Below, piece by piece: positions 22,596-36,692 of a stretch of 64,000 nt of DNA (its first letter is position 1; every line of letters starts with the position of its first letter). The notes below the pieces were generated by a model that saw nothing but the letters and a program-made list of their open reading frames with translations, had not been told where the DNA came from and did no database searches. The position numbers and the translations under genes were made by a program. Origin of the DNA: Mobula hypostoma (Eukaryota); assembly GCF_963921235.1 (NCBI RefSeq), contig NC_086107.1, positions 109,742,001-109,806,000 of the forward strand, written 5' to 3'.

Positions 22596-24713
22596 CAGTA
22601 CTATGTAAAAGTCTGAGACACATATACAGTGCCTATAAAAAGTATTCATCCTCCTTGGAAGTTTTCTTGTTTTATTATTTTACAAAATTGAATCACAGTG
22701 GATTCAGTTGGTTTTTTTGACACTGATAAGCAGAAAAGACTCATGTCAAGATGAAAACAAATTTCTACAAATTGCCCTAAACTTATTCCAATTATTAAAC
22801 ACAAAATAATTTTTTTCCATAGTGGGGGAGAAAAGCCTTTTTCCCTCAATTATTGATTATTTATTTAACTCAAAATAATTGATTGCATAAGTGATTACAG
22901 CCTTGAGTCTGTTTGGATAGGTCTATCATCTTTGCACATCTGAACACTGCAATTTTTCCCCATTCTTCTTTACAAAACTGCTCAAGCTCTGTCAGATTGC
23001 ATGGGGATCGTGAGTGAATGGCCCTTTTTAGTTCCAGCCACAAATTCTCAATTGGATGGAGGTTTGGACTCTGACTTGGCCATTCCAGGACATTAACTTT
23101 GTTGTTTTTAATCCATTCCTGTATAGCTTTGGTTTTATACTTGGGGTCATTGTCTTGCTTGAAAACAAATCTTCTCCCAAGTCACAGTTCTCTTGCAGAC
23201 TGCATCAGGCTTTCCTCCAGGATTTCCCTGTATTTTGCTGCATTCATTTTACCCTCCACCTCCATAAGCCTTCCAGGGCCTGCTGCAGTGAACGTCCCCA
23301 CAGCATGATGTAGCCACAACCACGCTTCACGGTAGGGATGGTGTGTTTTTGACGATGTGCGGTATTTGGCTTACACCAAACATCACGTTTAGTCTGATGG
23401 CTAAAAAGCTTAATTTTGGTTTCATCAGACCATAGAACCTTCTTCCAGCTGACTTCACAGTCTCCCACATGCCTTCTGCAAACTCTAGCTGAGACTTCAT
23501 GTGAGTTTTTTACAACAGAGGCTTTCTCTTTGCCACTCTCCCATAGAGCTGCGACTGGTGAAGCACCCGGGCAACAGTTGTATGTGCAGTCTCTCCCATC
23601 TCAGCGACTGAAGCTTGTAACTCCTCCAGAGTTGTCATAGGTCTCTTGGTGGCCTCCCTCACTAGTCCCCTTCCTGCACAGTCACTCAGTTTTTGAGGAC
23701 GGCCTGCTCTAGGCAGATCTACAGCTGTGCCATATTTTTTCCATTTCTTGATAATTGACTTAACTGTACTCCAAGGAACATTCAGTGACCTGGAAATTTT
23801 CCTGTATCTATCTCCTGACTTGTGCTTTTCAATAACTTTTTCACAGAGTTGCTTGTTGAGTTCTTTTGTCTTCATGGTTTAGTTTTTGCCAGGATATTGA
23901 CTCACCAGCAGTTGGACCTTCCAGATACAGGTATATTTTTACTACAACTTGACTGCACATGGGTAGTCCCCATTTAACTAGTTAGGTGAGTTCTAAAACC
24001 AATTACCTGCACCAGTGATGATTTGGTGTGTCATATTAAAGGGGGCGAATCCTTATACAGTCAATTATTTTGTGTTTATATTTGTAATTAATTTAGTACT
24101 TGCAGAGAACTGTTTTCACTTTGACATGAAAGAATCTTTTTCTGTTGATCAGTGTCAAAAAAGCCAAATGAAATCCACCGTGATTCGATGTTGTAAAACA
24201 ATAAAATATGAAAACTTGCAAGGGAGTGAATACTTTTTATAAGCACTGTACATAGCTGGGGTGCCCAAGACTTTTGCACCGTACTGTATTTGCCATCATA
24301 GAGCGGAGAGCGAGTTTGTAAATCTGGCAGGAGAAAGGATGTTGGGAATGGTGAGGGTGGATGCCACAGCAGGGTTGCAGGACAGGTGACAGGGAAGGAT
24401 GGGGTGGTGCTGGTGTAGACACACTCAGCCCTGAGACACGAGGCAAACAGCTGGTTTATTGATTATTACAGAATGACTCTCTGGTGCTTCCTGCTCCCTC
24501 CCCTCTCCCCAACCATGATTCCCTTCTTCCTGCCCTCTTCCCACTCTCAGTCCTCAATAGAGACCCATATCAGAATCAGGTTTATCATCATTCATATATG
24601 TCATGAGATTTGATTTTTTTTATTGCGGTAGCTGTACAGTGTAATACATAAAATTACTACAGTACTGCGCAAAGGTCTTGGGCAAAAGGCCTAAGACTTT
24701 TGCACAGTGCTGC
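22596..24713. mobile_element. Tc1/mariner-type MITE with palindromic ends (host of the 22627-24248 Tc1)
   Basis: cagtactatgtaaaagtct...agacttttgcaccgtactg split by the Tc1; second palindrome cagtactgcgcaaaggtcttggg...cctaagacttttgcacagtgctg at ~24660-24713. Confidence 0.65.
22627..24248 (-). mobile_element. Tc1-family DNA transposon, both ends present, transposase disrupted
   Basis: TA|CAGTGCCTATAAAAAGTATTCA ... TGAATACTTTTTATAAGCACTG|TA, long sub-terminal inverted repeats; minus-strand MKTKELNKQLCEKVIEKHKSG...(HTH) and WKKVLWSDETKIKLF (DDE) pieces. Confidence 0.93.
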
Positions 24714-27700
24714 AGATGAAGTGGATGTGGAGAGGAAGTTTATAATAGTGTGGGAGGGGAACGCACATAATAGTGTAGGACCAGGACATCAAGGACATCC
24801 CTTTAGAACAGAGATGAGGATGACTTGCTTGAGACAGAGCGTGGTGAATCTGTGGAATTGATTGCCACAGACGGCTATGGAGGCCAAGTCACTGGGTATA
24901 TTTAAAGTTCGAGGTAATAGGTTCTTGATTGGTGGGGTTGTCAAGGTTTGTGGAGAGAAGGGAGAGTAAGGCTGAGAGGGATAATAAATCAGCCATGACG
25001 GAATGGTGGAACAGGTTCGATGGTCCTATGTCATATGTGTTACTGCCCGTCACATGCTGGTGTTTAGGGCAGCAATGAAGATCCTCCATCTCTGACGGTG
25101 TTCGGAGCTTCCTTCATCAGGTCTTTAGCACCCTCTCAGTTTTCACTACTGTTAGTCATGCTGATAATGATGGAGACTCAGAAATATCGTCACACTCAGA
25201 TGACGTAGAAGGATTCTTCATTGCTGCTTCCAAAACAGTTTTGTTTTACCAGTCAGGGTTGTTAGCCCTGAGCTGAACCCACATACCTGGAGGTCTGGTG
25301 GGCCACTCTTAGTCTGGCCTCTACCCTTTGACCTGTTTGGCATGGGTGACCCTACCAAGAGCCAAAGCATAAAGCCCTGACTCCAGCCAACATAACACTC
25401 CGGGTCACTGAGGCACACAAGCCTCCAAACCACATGAGTTTCCTCCAGGTGCACTAGTTTCCTTCCTCTTTCCAAAGACCTATGAGTCAGGGTTGTGGAC
25501 ATGTTGTGTTGAAACAAGGTGATACTTGCAGACTGCTCCCAGTGCAACCTCAGACTGTGCATTTTTATACTCTTCAATTATGTAGTGTATTTGACCCTGG
25601 ATCTTAGAAGGATATACAAAATATTGGAGGAACTCAGCACATCAGGCGTCAGGCAGCAGCTATGGAAGGGAATAATCTTATGGGCCAAGAACCCTTCTTC
25701 AGTACTGGAAGAGATTTCTAAGATAAGATGCTAACTGCTCTCCCTAAAAAGCTGGGAAGATATTTAACATCTCTCTTTCTGGCTTCTTCCCCCTTTCTTT
25801 CCAGTCCTGATGAAGGGTCTCAGCCCAACCAGTAGATTGTTTATTCCTCTCCATGGATGCTGCCTGACCTGATGAGTTCCTCCAGCATTTTGTGTCTATC
25901 ACTCTGGATTTCCAGCATCTGCGGATTCTGAAGATTCCTTTTTCTTCAGCCCTTTACCTTTTGCACGTATTACCTCCCAGATTCTTACTTCATCACGCTC
26001 ACCTGGTTTTACCTATCACCTGCCAGGTTATACTCCTTCCCCTCCCCCTCTTTCTTATTCTGGCTTCTTTCCCTCTTCCTTTCCAGTCTTGAAAATCGGT
26101 CTCAGCCTGATATGTCAACTGTTTATTCCTCTCCATTAATACTCAAAGTTCAAAGTAAATTTTATTATCAAAGTACATATATGTCACCATATACAACCTT
26201 GAGATTCATTTTCCTGTGGGCATACTCAACAAATCTATAGAATAGTAGCTGTAACAGGATCAATGGAAGATCAACCGGAGTGCAGAAGACAACAATCTCT
26301 GCAGATATAAATAAATAGCAATAAATAACGTGCATGAGATAATAAGAATAGAGTCCTTAAAGTGAGATCATTTGTTGTGGCAGCATCTCGATGGATGGGC
26401 AAGTGAGTGTAGTTATCCCCTTCAAGAGCCTGATGGTTGAGGGATAGTAGCTGTTCTTGAACCTGGTGGTGCAAGGCCTGAGGCTCTTGTACCTTCAACT
26501 TGATGGCTGCCTGACTTGCTGAGTTCCTCCAACGTTTTGTGTGCTTCTGAGGAAAAATGTTTGCAATTTTCTCCAGCACAGAATGGCATGCATTAAGTAT
26601 GAGTTTCAGTGATCACCCAAACTGATCCTGGTCCTTGGCCATGCTTACAGTTTTATCATGACTGGAAGGAGGGAACTGGGCTTGATATCTCTTCCCAGTA
26701 GGTGCAGAGAAGATGGTAATGTTGTCACCTGTCGCTCAGCTTGGTCCCACCCCTGCTGGCTGTGAACCGCGCTCATGCCTTTGTGTGTGTTCATTGTAGG
26801 GATTCATTGTAGCATTTAATATTGTTCTGCTATCTCCACGAGGAAGGGGTCATGGCAGCGTTTTATTATTCAATACAACACACTCCATTCAAGCTTATTT
26901 TATCAACAGTAACGAAATAGATTGAAAGCCATATGCAACATCAGTGACTATGAGCCCAACACAACATCGATGTGAGTAATGCCATCTGTTTAGCAGAATG
27001 AATAAAACCCAGCTTCTGTTGAAAACCTGGTAGTGGTGCCACAGTAGCGTGGTGGTTAGCATGACATTAATACAGCCTGTGGTGTCGGAGTTCGAAGTTT
27101 AATTCCTACGTCACCTGTAAGGAGTCCATACATCCCCTCCATGGAATATGTGTCCGGGTGCTCCGGTTTCCTCCCACAGTCCAAAGACTTAACTGGTTGG
27201 TAGGTTAATTGGACGTTATAGATTGTCCTGTGATTAGGCTATAGTTCTCGAGTGACCAGAGGGGCTTGTTTCGCATTGTATCTTTAAGTAAAATAAAATT
27301 CTGGTGAACGGTTGAGTGGAAGGAGAACTCGTTTCTTTAAGTTTCTTGGACCTGTTTGTCTTGTTGGTCATTCCTAGCTGGACCAAGACGAGGTTCTGTT
27401 ATAACTGGCTTCATATTTTATTGTGCTTCAGTTGTTATTTCTAGATATGCCATGATTTCCAGGCTCACTTTTAAAATGGGCTTCCCCTTCTAATGTAGCG
27501 CTGCAACTTTTGATCACTTGTTATGGTGGCTAGTCATCCTGTATTGGATGAATTCTAGATTCAAAGCAGTAACCACCTTCAGTACAGGAAATCTGACTGA
27601 TTTTTGACTTATCCAATCTAGCCCAATTTTTCTTTTCCCCCCTTGTAGTTATGTATTTAGCTATAAAGTGTGGAATAGGCCCTGCCAGCCCTTCGGGCCA

Positions 27701-28642
27701 CCAGTTCCACCAACCCCACAACCCCGATTGAGCCCAACCTAATCACAGGAAAATTTACATTGACCAATTAATTATCCAGTACATCTTTGGACTTGGGGAA
27801 AACCAGTGCATTCCATGGGCAGGATGTACAGAGACACCTTACAGAACGTCGCAGGAATTGAACTCCAAACTCCAGAACGCTCCAATACCAAGATCTTTAT
27901 TGAAACTGCATCATTGTAAGGGAATGTCCAGTTTTTTTGTTTTTACTCTTCCTTCATCCCCCAGAAAACTGCATAAGTTTTGTTGCTCAGTCCATGGAAT
28001 TGTTGAATGGTCCAGTACAGGAGGAGGCTGTTTAGACCACCCAGTGAAAAACGTTCCTTTTAACCTGTCTTTTTCCTTTCATCATAGTCCTGGATTATTA
28101 TATTATATATTAGTAAGATAATATATGCAGCACCAGTGGTGTCCTGGGTTCAATTCTGCTGCTGTCTGTAAGGAGTTTGTACATTCTACCTATGGTCTCC
28201 TCCATTTTCCCACATTCCAAATGGTTTGTATGTTAATTGGTCACATAGGTGTAATCGGGAGGGGTGGGCTCGTTGGGATGGAAGAGCCTGTAACTGTGCT
28301 TTATCTCAAATAAATAAATTAGTTTTCCTTCCTGTTTATCCAAATCCCATTTAGGCAGGAAGTGCCCACACTGGGCTGTTGTTCAGTGAACTCCCCACTG
28401 GGAATCTCAGTGAGAAGCTGGTGCTTAAATTCTACCAAACTGGTGCAGAAACAGGCTTTTGCTGCCAGACCTTTGTCCACAATATAATTCTACTTGTTCA
28501 CTGGGCTGTGGCAACCTCGTAGTGACTTGACTTAACAGCTAGAATTCTGGGCTGTTACCTCTATTATGGCAGCTGAGGAATTTAAGATTCTGTTAATTAA
28601 ATATGGATCTTATTTAATAGAAAGAAATCTTATCTTGGTTAT

Positions 28643-30859
28643 AGAAACATAGAAAATAGGTGCAGGAGTAGGCCATTCGGCCCTTTGAGCCTGCTCCACC
28701 ATTCAGTATGATCATGGCTGATTATCCAACTCAGAACCCTGTACCATCCTTCCCTTCCATACCCCCGATCCCTTTAGCCACAAGGGCCATATCTAACTCC
28801 CTCTTAAATATAGCCAATTAACTGGCCTCAACTGTTTCCTGTGGCAGAGAATTCCACAGATTCACCACTCTCTGTGTGAAGAAGTTTTTCCTCATCTCGG
28901 TCCTAAAAGGCTTCCCCTTTATCCTCAAACTGTGACACCTCGTTCTGGACTTCCCCAACATCGGGAACAATCTTCCTTCATCTAGCCTGTCCAATCCCTT
29001 TAGGATTTTATACGTTTCAATCAGATCCCCCCTCAATCTTCTAAATTTCAACGAGTATAAGCCTAGTTCATCCAGTCTTTCATCGTATGTAAGTCCTGCC
29101 ATCCCAGGAATCAATCTGGTGAACCTTCTTTGTACTCCCTCTATGGCAAGGATGTCTTTCCTCAGATTAGGGGACCAAAACTACACACAATACTCCAGGT
29201 GTGGTCTCACCAAGGCCTGTACAACTGCAGTAGTACCTCCCTGCTCCTGTACTCGAATCCTCTTGCTATAAATGCCAGCATACCATTCGCCTTTTTCACC
29301 GCCTGCTGTACCTGCATGCCCACTTTCAATGACTGGTGTATAATGACACCCAGGTCTCGTTGCACCTCCCCTTTTCCTAATCGGCCACCATTCAGATAAT
29401 AATCTGTTTTCCTGTTTTTGCCACCAAAGTGGATAACTTCACATTTATCCACATTAAATTGCATCTGCCATGAATTTGCCCACTCACCTAACCTATGCAA
29501 GTCACCCTGCATCCTCTTAGCATCCTCCTCACAGCTAACACTGCCGCTCAGCTTCGTGTCATCCACAAACTTGGAGATGCTGCATTTAATTCCCTCATCC
29601 AAGTCATTAATATATATTGTAAACAACTGGGGTCCCAGCACTGAGCCTTGCGGTACCCCACTAGTCACTGCCTGCCATTCTGAAAAGGTCCCATTTATTC
29701 CCACCCTTTGCTTCCTGTCTGCCAACCAATTCTCTATCCACATCAATACCTTACCCCCAATACCATGTGCTTTAAGTTTGCACACTAATCTCCTGTGTGG
29801 GACCTTGTCAAAAGCCTTTTGAAAATCCAAATATACCACATCCACTGGTTCTCTCCTATCCACTCTACTAGTTACATCCTCAAAAAATTCTATGAGATTC
29901 GTCAGACATGATTTTCCTTTCACAAATCCATGCTGACTTTGTCGGATGATCTCACCGCTTTCCAAATGTGCTGTTATCACATCTTTGATAACTGACTCTA
30001 GCAGTTTCCCCACCACCGATGTTAAGCTAACCGGTCTATAATTCCCTGGTTTCTCTCTCCCTTTTTTAAAAAGTGGGGTTACATTAGCCACCCTCCAATC
30101 CTCAGGAACTAGTCCAGAATCTAAAGAGTTTTGAAAAATTATCACTAATGCATCCACTATTTCTTGGGCTACTTCCTTAAGCACTCTGGGATGCAGACCA
30201 TCTGGCCCTGGGGATTTATCTGCCTTTAATCCCTTCAATTTACCTAACACCACTTCCCTACTAACATGTATTTCCCTCAGTTCCTCCATCTCACTGGACC
30301 CTCTGTCCCCTACTATTTCCGGAAGATTATTTATGTCCTCCTTAGTGAAGACAGAACCAAAGTAATTATTCAATTGGTCTGCCATGTCCTTGCTCCCCAT
30401 AATCAATTCACCTGTTTCTGTCTGTAGAGGACCGACATTTGTCTTAACCAATCTTCTTCTTTTCACATATCTGTAAAAGCTTTTACAGTCAGTTGTTATG
30501 TTCCCTGCCAGTTTTCTCTCATAATCTTTTTTCCCCTTCCTAATTAAGCCCTTTGTCCTCCTCTGCTGAACTCTGAATTTCTCCCAGTCCTCAGGTGAGC
30601 CACTGTTTCTGGCTAATTTGTATGCTTCTTCTTTGGAATTGATACTATCCCTAATTTCCCTTGTCAGCCACGGGTGCACTACCTTCCTTGATTTATTCTT
30701 TTGCCAAACTGGGATGAACAATTGTTGTAGTTCATCCATGCGATCTTTAAATGCTTGCCATTGCATATCCACCGTCAACCCTTTAAGTGTCATTTGCCAG
30801 TCTATCTTAGCTAATTCACGTCTCATACCTTCAAAGTTACCTTTCTTTAAGTTCAGAAC
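28643..30859 (-). mobile_element. young 5'-truncated CR1 LINE with largely intact RT ORF
   Basis: 539-aa ORF 29207-30826 (KSPGPDG, GVPQGSVLGP, KFVDDTK) plus a frameshifted C-terminus; (ttctatg)-type tail; perfect 14-bp TSD CTTATCTTGGTTAT at 28629-28642 and 30860-30873. Confidence 0.95.
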
Positions 30860-31629
30860 CTTATCTTGGTTATGGTGTAATAACCTTCAGGGAGAGAAAT
30901 CTGCCATTAGTATAACTCCATTTCACCTATGTAGTTGATCATTGAATGATTCAGACCATAGGAAGTGGGAAAGGGCCAAAAAAGCTTGCTTCATTGTGAT
31001 CATGGTTGAACTTTTACCTCAGCTATTTTCTCCCACTATTTCCCCATTTCACTTAGTTTTCTTAAGTGAAATAAAATGCTGATGAACGGTACAGGAGTGG
31101 AACCCGGTGTGATCTTCTGCTGCTGTAGCCCATCCACTTCGAGATTCAATGTGTTGTGCATTCAGACATGCTCTTCTACACAACACTGTTGTAATGCATG
31201 GTTATTTGAGTTACCGTCACCTTCCTGTCAGCCTGAACCAGTCCAGCCATTCCCCTCTGTCCTCTCTCATTAACAAGGCATTTTCGCCCACAGAACGGCC
31301 ACTCATTGGGGTTTTTTTTTTGGTTTTTCCACATCATTCTCTGTAAACTTTAGAGACTGGTGTGTGTGAAAACCCCGGGAGATCAGCAGTTTCTGAGATG
31401 CTCAAACCACCCCATCTGACACCAAGAATCAAAGTCACTTAGATCACATTTCTTCCCCTTTCTGATATTTGGTCTGAACAATAACTGAGCTTCTTGACCA
31501 TGTTTGCATGCTTTTATGCATTGAGTTGCTTCCACATGGTTGGCTGATTAGATAATTTGCATTAATGAGCAGGTGTACCTAATAAAGTGGCCACTGAGTG
31601 TATATTGAATAGTCTAACAACTTAGTTAG

Positions 31630-32940
31630 AATTGGAATTGGTGTTATTGTCACATTAAATGAGGTACAGTGAGAAGTTTCGTTTTGTCTGCTATCCATGC
31701 AGATTATTAGATTTGAGACAGTGCATTGAAATAATACAGGGGAAGGTTGTAACAGAATGCCGAATGAAGTGTAACATACAGAGAAAGCACACTGCAGGCA
31801 GACAGTAGGATACAAAGCCATAACAAAGTAGATTATTAAATCAAGAGTCCATCTTAACATACTAGGGAATTGTTCAATAGTCTTATTATAATGGGGTGGA
31901 AGCTGCCCTTGAGCCTGATGGCACAGGTCTGCAGGCTTTCGTAGCTTCTGCCCGACGGGAGGAGGCATTGGAGTGTATTTACAGAGTGGGAAATCAAGCT
32001 GGCTGCTTTAGTGAGAAATGTAGACAGAGTCCCTGGAAGCGGGGAGGGTGGTCGAGTCACTGCAGTTTCTTGCAGTCCCAGGCAGCGCAGTTACACATCT
32101 GCACATCTGGTTAGGCTGGTACATCTGTATAAACTGGTGAGAGTCACTGGGGGTATGTCAAATTTTTTTAGCCTCTTAAGGAAGTAGAGGTACCGGTGAG
32201 CTTTTTTGCTCCTGACATCTATGTGGTTGACCTCAACACCACTGATGAAACCGGGAGTATGTGCACCCTCCTCCCCACCCTGATGTCAATAACTAGACAT
32301 TGAGGGAAAGGTTGTTGTCAGGGTCTGTCCCCACGCTCTGCCACACTGGGCTCAGCCTTCGAGTGCATTTGGGATGGGGAACTCATAGTCTTGCTGGTGC
32401 ACTAAGATCTCCTTCTGGTACTCCAGCTCTTCGTTAGCCACCTTCTGTACTGGAGGCCCACTTTTGGTGGTATCAGGAGTTCTCAAGCTTTTTTTTAATG
32501 CCATAACCAATACCATTAAGCAAGGGGTCCATGGGCCGCAGATTGTGAGCCCCTGCTGTAGATAAATAATCTGGCTCCTATAAGTGTAGAGGGGCTGAAA
32601 TCTTGTGGTGCACCAGTATTGGGGGTACTTGTAGCAGAGTGGTTTCTGCCTGTCCTTACTGATTGCTGTCTGTTTGTCAGTGAAGGATCCACTTGCAAAG
32701 GGAGATGTTGAATCCTGGATGTAAGAGTTAGTAGATGAGTTTCTTGGAATTATAGTTTTGAGGTTGAACTGTGGTCAATAAACAGTAGCAGGAGTCTTTA
32801 CCGTCCGGATGTTCCAGAAGTGAGTGTAGGGCCAGGGCTTCCGCTGTGGACCTGTTTTGGCAGTAAGCAGATTGCAGTGAGTCGAGGTTGTCTGGGAGGC
32901 TGGAGTTGACCAGCCTCTCAAAGCACCTCATGGTGGTGGA
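31630..32940 (-). mobile_element. decayed Rex1/Babar-like LINE containing a short hAT MITE (~32475-32555)
   Basis: MRCFERLV...LDSLQSAY..NRSTAEA and NTGAPQ remnants on the minus strand. Confidence 0.7.
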
Positions 32941-33980
32941 TGTCAGAGTTAGGTGGTAGCCATTAAGACTAAAATTACCGTATTTTTTTTTTTATTGACA
33001 TATATTGTGGGGTAGGCCCTTCTGGCCCTTCGATCCGCACTGCCCAACAATCCCCTGATTTAACCCTAGCCTAATCACGGGACAATTTACAATGACCAAT
33101 CAACCTACCGATCGGTATGTCTTTGAACTGTGGGAGGAAACCGGAGCACCCAAAGGAAACCCACGCGGTCACAGGGAGAACGTACAGACTCCTTACAGGC
33201 AGTGGCGGGAATTGAAACCAGGTCACTGGTACGGTAAAATGTGCTAACCACTACGTTACAGTGCCACTCCAATTTTTCTTAGGTACCTAAACAGGCAGCC
33301 TGATTTGGCAGAGAGGTCACTTAATCAGTTCAGTATCAGCACTATTATCAGGATAACAATCATGTTTATTATGTGTTGTGAAATTTGTTGTTTAGTAGCA
33401 GCAGCACAGTGCAATATATAAAATATACTATAAACGACAATAAGAAATATATACTGTAGAAATTAAATAAGCAGTGCCAACAGAGATTGAGGGAAAGTAG
33501 TGAGGTAGTTTTCATGGGTTGATTGTCTATTCAGAAATTTGATGGCAGAGGGGAAGAAGCTGTTCTTAATACGTTGAGTGTGTCTTCAGTCTCCTTTATA
33601 TCCTCTCCCATAATGAGATTGAAGCAGTCAGAAAAGGGCATTCCTGGATGCTGAGGGATTTAATGATAGATGATAGATATTTGAGGCATCACCTTCTGAA
33701 GTTGTCTTGGATGCTGGGGAGGCTAGTGCCAATGATGGGGCTGGCCGTAGTTTTTTCCTATCCTGTGCAGTGTACCCTCCGTACTAGATGGTGATGCAAA
33801 CAGTTAAAATGCTGTCCACGATAGAAGTGTAGGAATTTGCCAGAGTCTCCAAATTGATGTTCCAAAGCCTCCACACTGCCTCAACTTAGACATTGCTGCA
33901 GCCTCTTAGTGACTCCTGTGAGGGGTGTTTCTTCCTTTTGAATGTAATTCTGGGCTCTTACTTTGTGTTTCAATGTTAAG

Positions 33981-34054
33981 TTACAGCACTGCTGTTCAAG
34001 ATGGAGGAAGCCAACCGCGCAAAAGCCCAGGACTCTTTTCAAGCAATCACTCAG
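33981..34054 (+). CDS. SCAF1: SCAF1 coding exon
   Basis: gttaag| ... |gtactg; 74 bp, LTALLFKMEEANRAKAQDSFQAITQ, matching SCAF1 LTALLFKMEEAN..RAKAQ; phase 1 to 0. Confidence 0.92.
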
Positions 34055-35350
34055 GTACTGTAGCCGAAACACCACCTGGTTTTGCTTCCAAAGTCTTCCC
34101 ACTGTCTGTCGCCTCCAAATCGGGACAAAGTTGACTATTTCTCCCATGCGTGTCTTGACTTTGAAATCTCCCTTAATGTCAGCTGCCTTTGGGATCCGCC
34201 TGCTCCCCAGAGCTGACCACAGAAATCCACACTGATGTTCCAGGGATGTCCCTTTCCTTTCTGGGTGATGCGTTGAGCTCCAATAATTGGTAAAGAACTT
34301 ACAACTCCTCATGGATGCAAAGAAGGCAAATTCTCCCCATTGAAATGTAACCAGTATTTTACAACCCGATCACTGACAATCCCATTGAAACTTAACATGT
34401 TACGCTTTGAAAGAGCTTGCGGTTCAAGTTCCAGTTTATTGTCATTCAACCGTACACATGTATACAGCAAAACGAAACCAAGGTGCAAAACACAGTACAT
34501 ATAGTCACACACAGCACAAGTAATTACAATCAAGTACACACAGTCACAAAATAATATTAGCATACCTGGCATTATTATAATAAAACAAGCTTTTACGGTG
34601 TTACAGTTGTGCGATATTTCAGTAACTAAAGCACTTTGAAAGAAACTTTATATTGGGCTTTCCTCTATTCCTGCCCTCTTTCCCATATCACGGTTAGCGT
34701 TTCAAATCCCACTGCAGTCTGTAAGGTGTTTCAATGTTCTCCCCATGGCCAAGCAAGTTTCCTTCCACATTTCAAAGATGTACAGGTTAGTAGGTTAATT
34801 GATCACATGGGTGTAATTGAGCGGTGCGAGCTCATTGGTCTGGAAGGGCCTGTTACCATGTCTCGATAAATTTTTAAAAATTAAATTACAGGAAAATGAC
34901 CCAGCTTGTGTAATATATCTCATTATAGCTTCACCTGTTGAGTTACAAATCAGCAAAATCTACTCTGCACCCCCTCCAGGACCTATGAGTGCTTCCAAAG
35001 AGGTTATTGCAACTAGTCACAGTACTCTAGACCTAGGACAATCTCTGTCTACTCCCTCCCACACATAGTATTCTTGGTTGCCACAAGCCTGTCAGTTTTC
35101 CTCTTCTATTCATGTTTGCAATAAATGAAGCTGTAAGTGGCAACAAACAAAAACCGTCACATGAGGAATTTCACAGAATATGATGGAATTGTTACTGCAT
35201 TTAAAAACTTGCTAGGTAGTGCATGACAATGGGACTAGCCCACAGTGACCAAAGGACTAACGGGTTTGTCCTGTCGTCAGCTCCACCCTCTGCCTCTGCA
35301 CTATTTCACTATGAAGTGAGCAACAGGATAACCGATTGTTTGCTCTGCAG

Positions 35351-35614
35351 ATTCTCAGCCAGGCAAAGCCCCCTGCGTCTCAAGTGCCGACTAGCCTCTC
35401 CAGCCACCTCCCTGCCAGCCAGCCCACACCGAAGTTTCTCCGCCAGGGCTCCTTGTCGATGCTGGGCACGTCAGCAGGACCGCCCACGTTGCCGGGATCT
35501 GCCAGTCAGCCCCCTGCCACCACCTCCGGGAAACTCTACGGCATGTTGGACAGCGGCGAGGTGGCCAAGGTAGAGGGGACCACCAGCTTTGATGCCAACA
35601 TGGATAGTGACCGG
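35351..35614 (+). CDS. SCAF1: SCAF1 coding exon
   Basis: tttgctctgcag| ... |gtaagg; 264 bp, ILSQAKPPASQ...NMDSDR, phase 0 to 0. Confidence 0.9.
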
Positions 35615-36070
35615 GTAAGGCTCTCAAGTGATCTCCAGCAAATCGTTCACTGCTCAACCGTATCTTTCATCTGTAGTTATCTTTAAAGCAGTAAGCCTTG
35701 TCTCCGAGACACTTCTGCAACCATTATCCTATGAGGTATTGGGTCAGGTGACTAAATGCCCTGTCAAGAGGGTAGATCTTAAGATGTGTTTAAAATGCAG
35801 GAAGAGAAAGAGGTTTCATGGAGAGTTTCAGAGAATTAACTGTAGGCTACCAGTTGGCCAGATTAAAGGGCATAGGGCAGGAGAATTATGGAAGGCGATT
35901 CAACAGAGATGGAAGCAGGTAAAAATGTTGATATTGAAGTGTTACTTGAGTACTTTGCTTTGAAAGAGGCTCTAGTATTTTCACAGGAGGTCACAAAAGG
36001 GAGACACAGGACACAGTAGCAGAATTAGGCCGTTTTGGCCCATCAAGTCTTCACCATCTATCATGACTGA

Positions 36071-36692
36071 ATTAGATTATGAAGACACGTAGTTCCCTTT
36101 TATTGTCATTTAGTAATGCATGCATTAAGAAATGATACATTATTTCCTCCGGTGTGATATCACAAAACACAGGACAGACCAAGACTGAAAAAACTAACAA
36201 AACCACATAATTATAACATATAGTTACTACAGTGCACAATACCATAACTTAATGAAGAAGTCCATGAGCACAGTAAAGTTCAAATTTTCTCAATGTCCCA
36301 CATCTTACGCAGACGGGAGAAGAAAGAAAAACTCTCCCTGCCATGCCGACCACAATCCGACTCTGAGTCGTTCAAAAACTTCGAGCTCCGATCAGCTCTC
36401 TGATACCGAGTACTGAGCGGCATCTCTGCCCGAACGATTCGACCTCCTTCTTGGTCGCCAAAAGCAGGCAAGGCCGGGGATTTTGAGGTCTACCCTCCGA
36501 AAGATTCACGACCACACAGTAACGACAGCAGCGAACGGGCGTTTCAGAAATTTCTCCAGATGTTCCTCTGTGCTTTCACGTCCATTCTCCATCAAATCAG
36601 AATTGTCCACGGCCCCTATTTAACAGATATGACATCATTTTTCACCAGAAAGCTGCGCACGCACGGTGTGCTGCCATCTTCTCCTCCCGTCG
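36071..36692 (-). mobile_element. non-coding LINE-dependent element inserted in a CR1 3' fragment
   Basis: Minus-strand head ggaggagaagatggcagc, tail aatgacaataaaagg...ataatctaat; interrupts CR1 tail sequence catcatgactga|...|gatttattagccctctc. Confidence 0.5.

Noticed and set aside
23244..23875. Active or domesticated Tc1 transposase
   Set aside because: The coding region is split by stops and frameshifts; a fossil copy.
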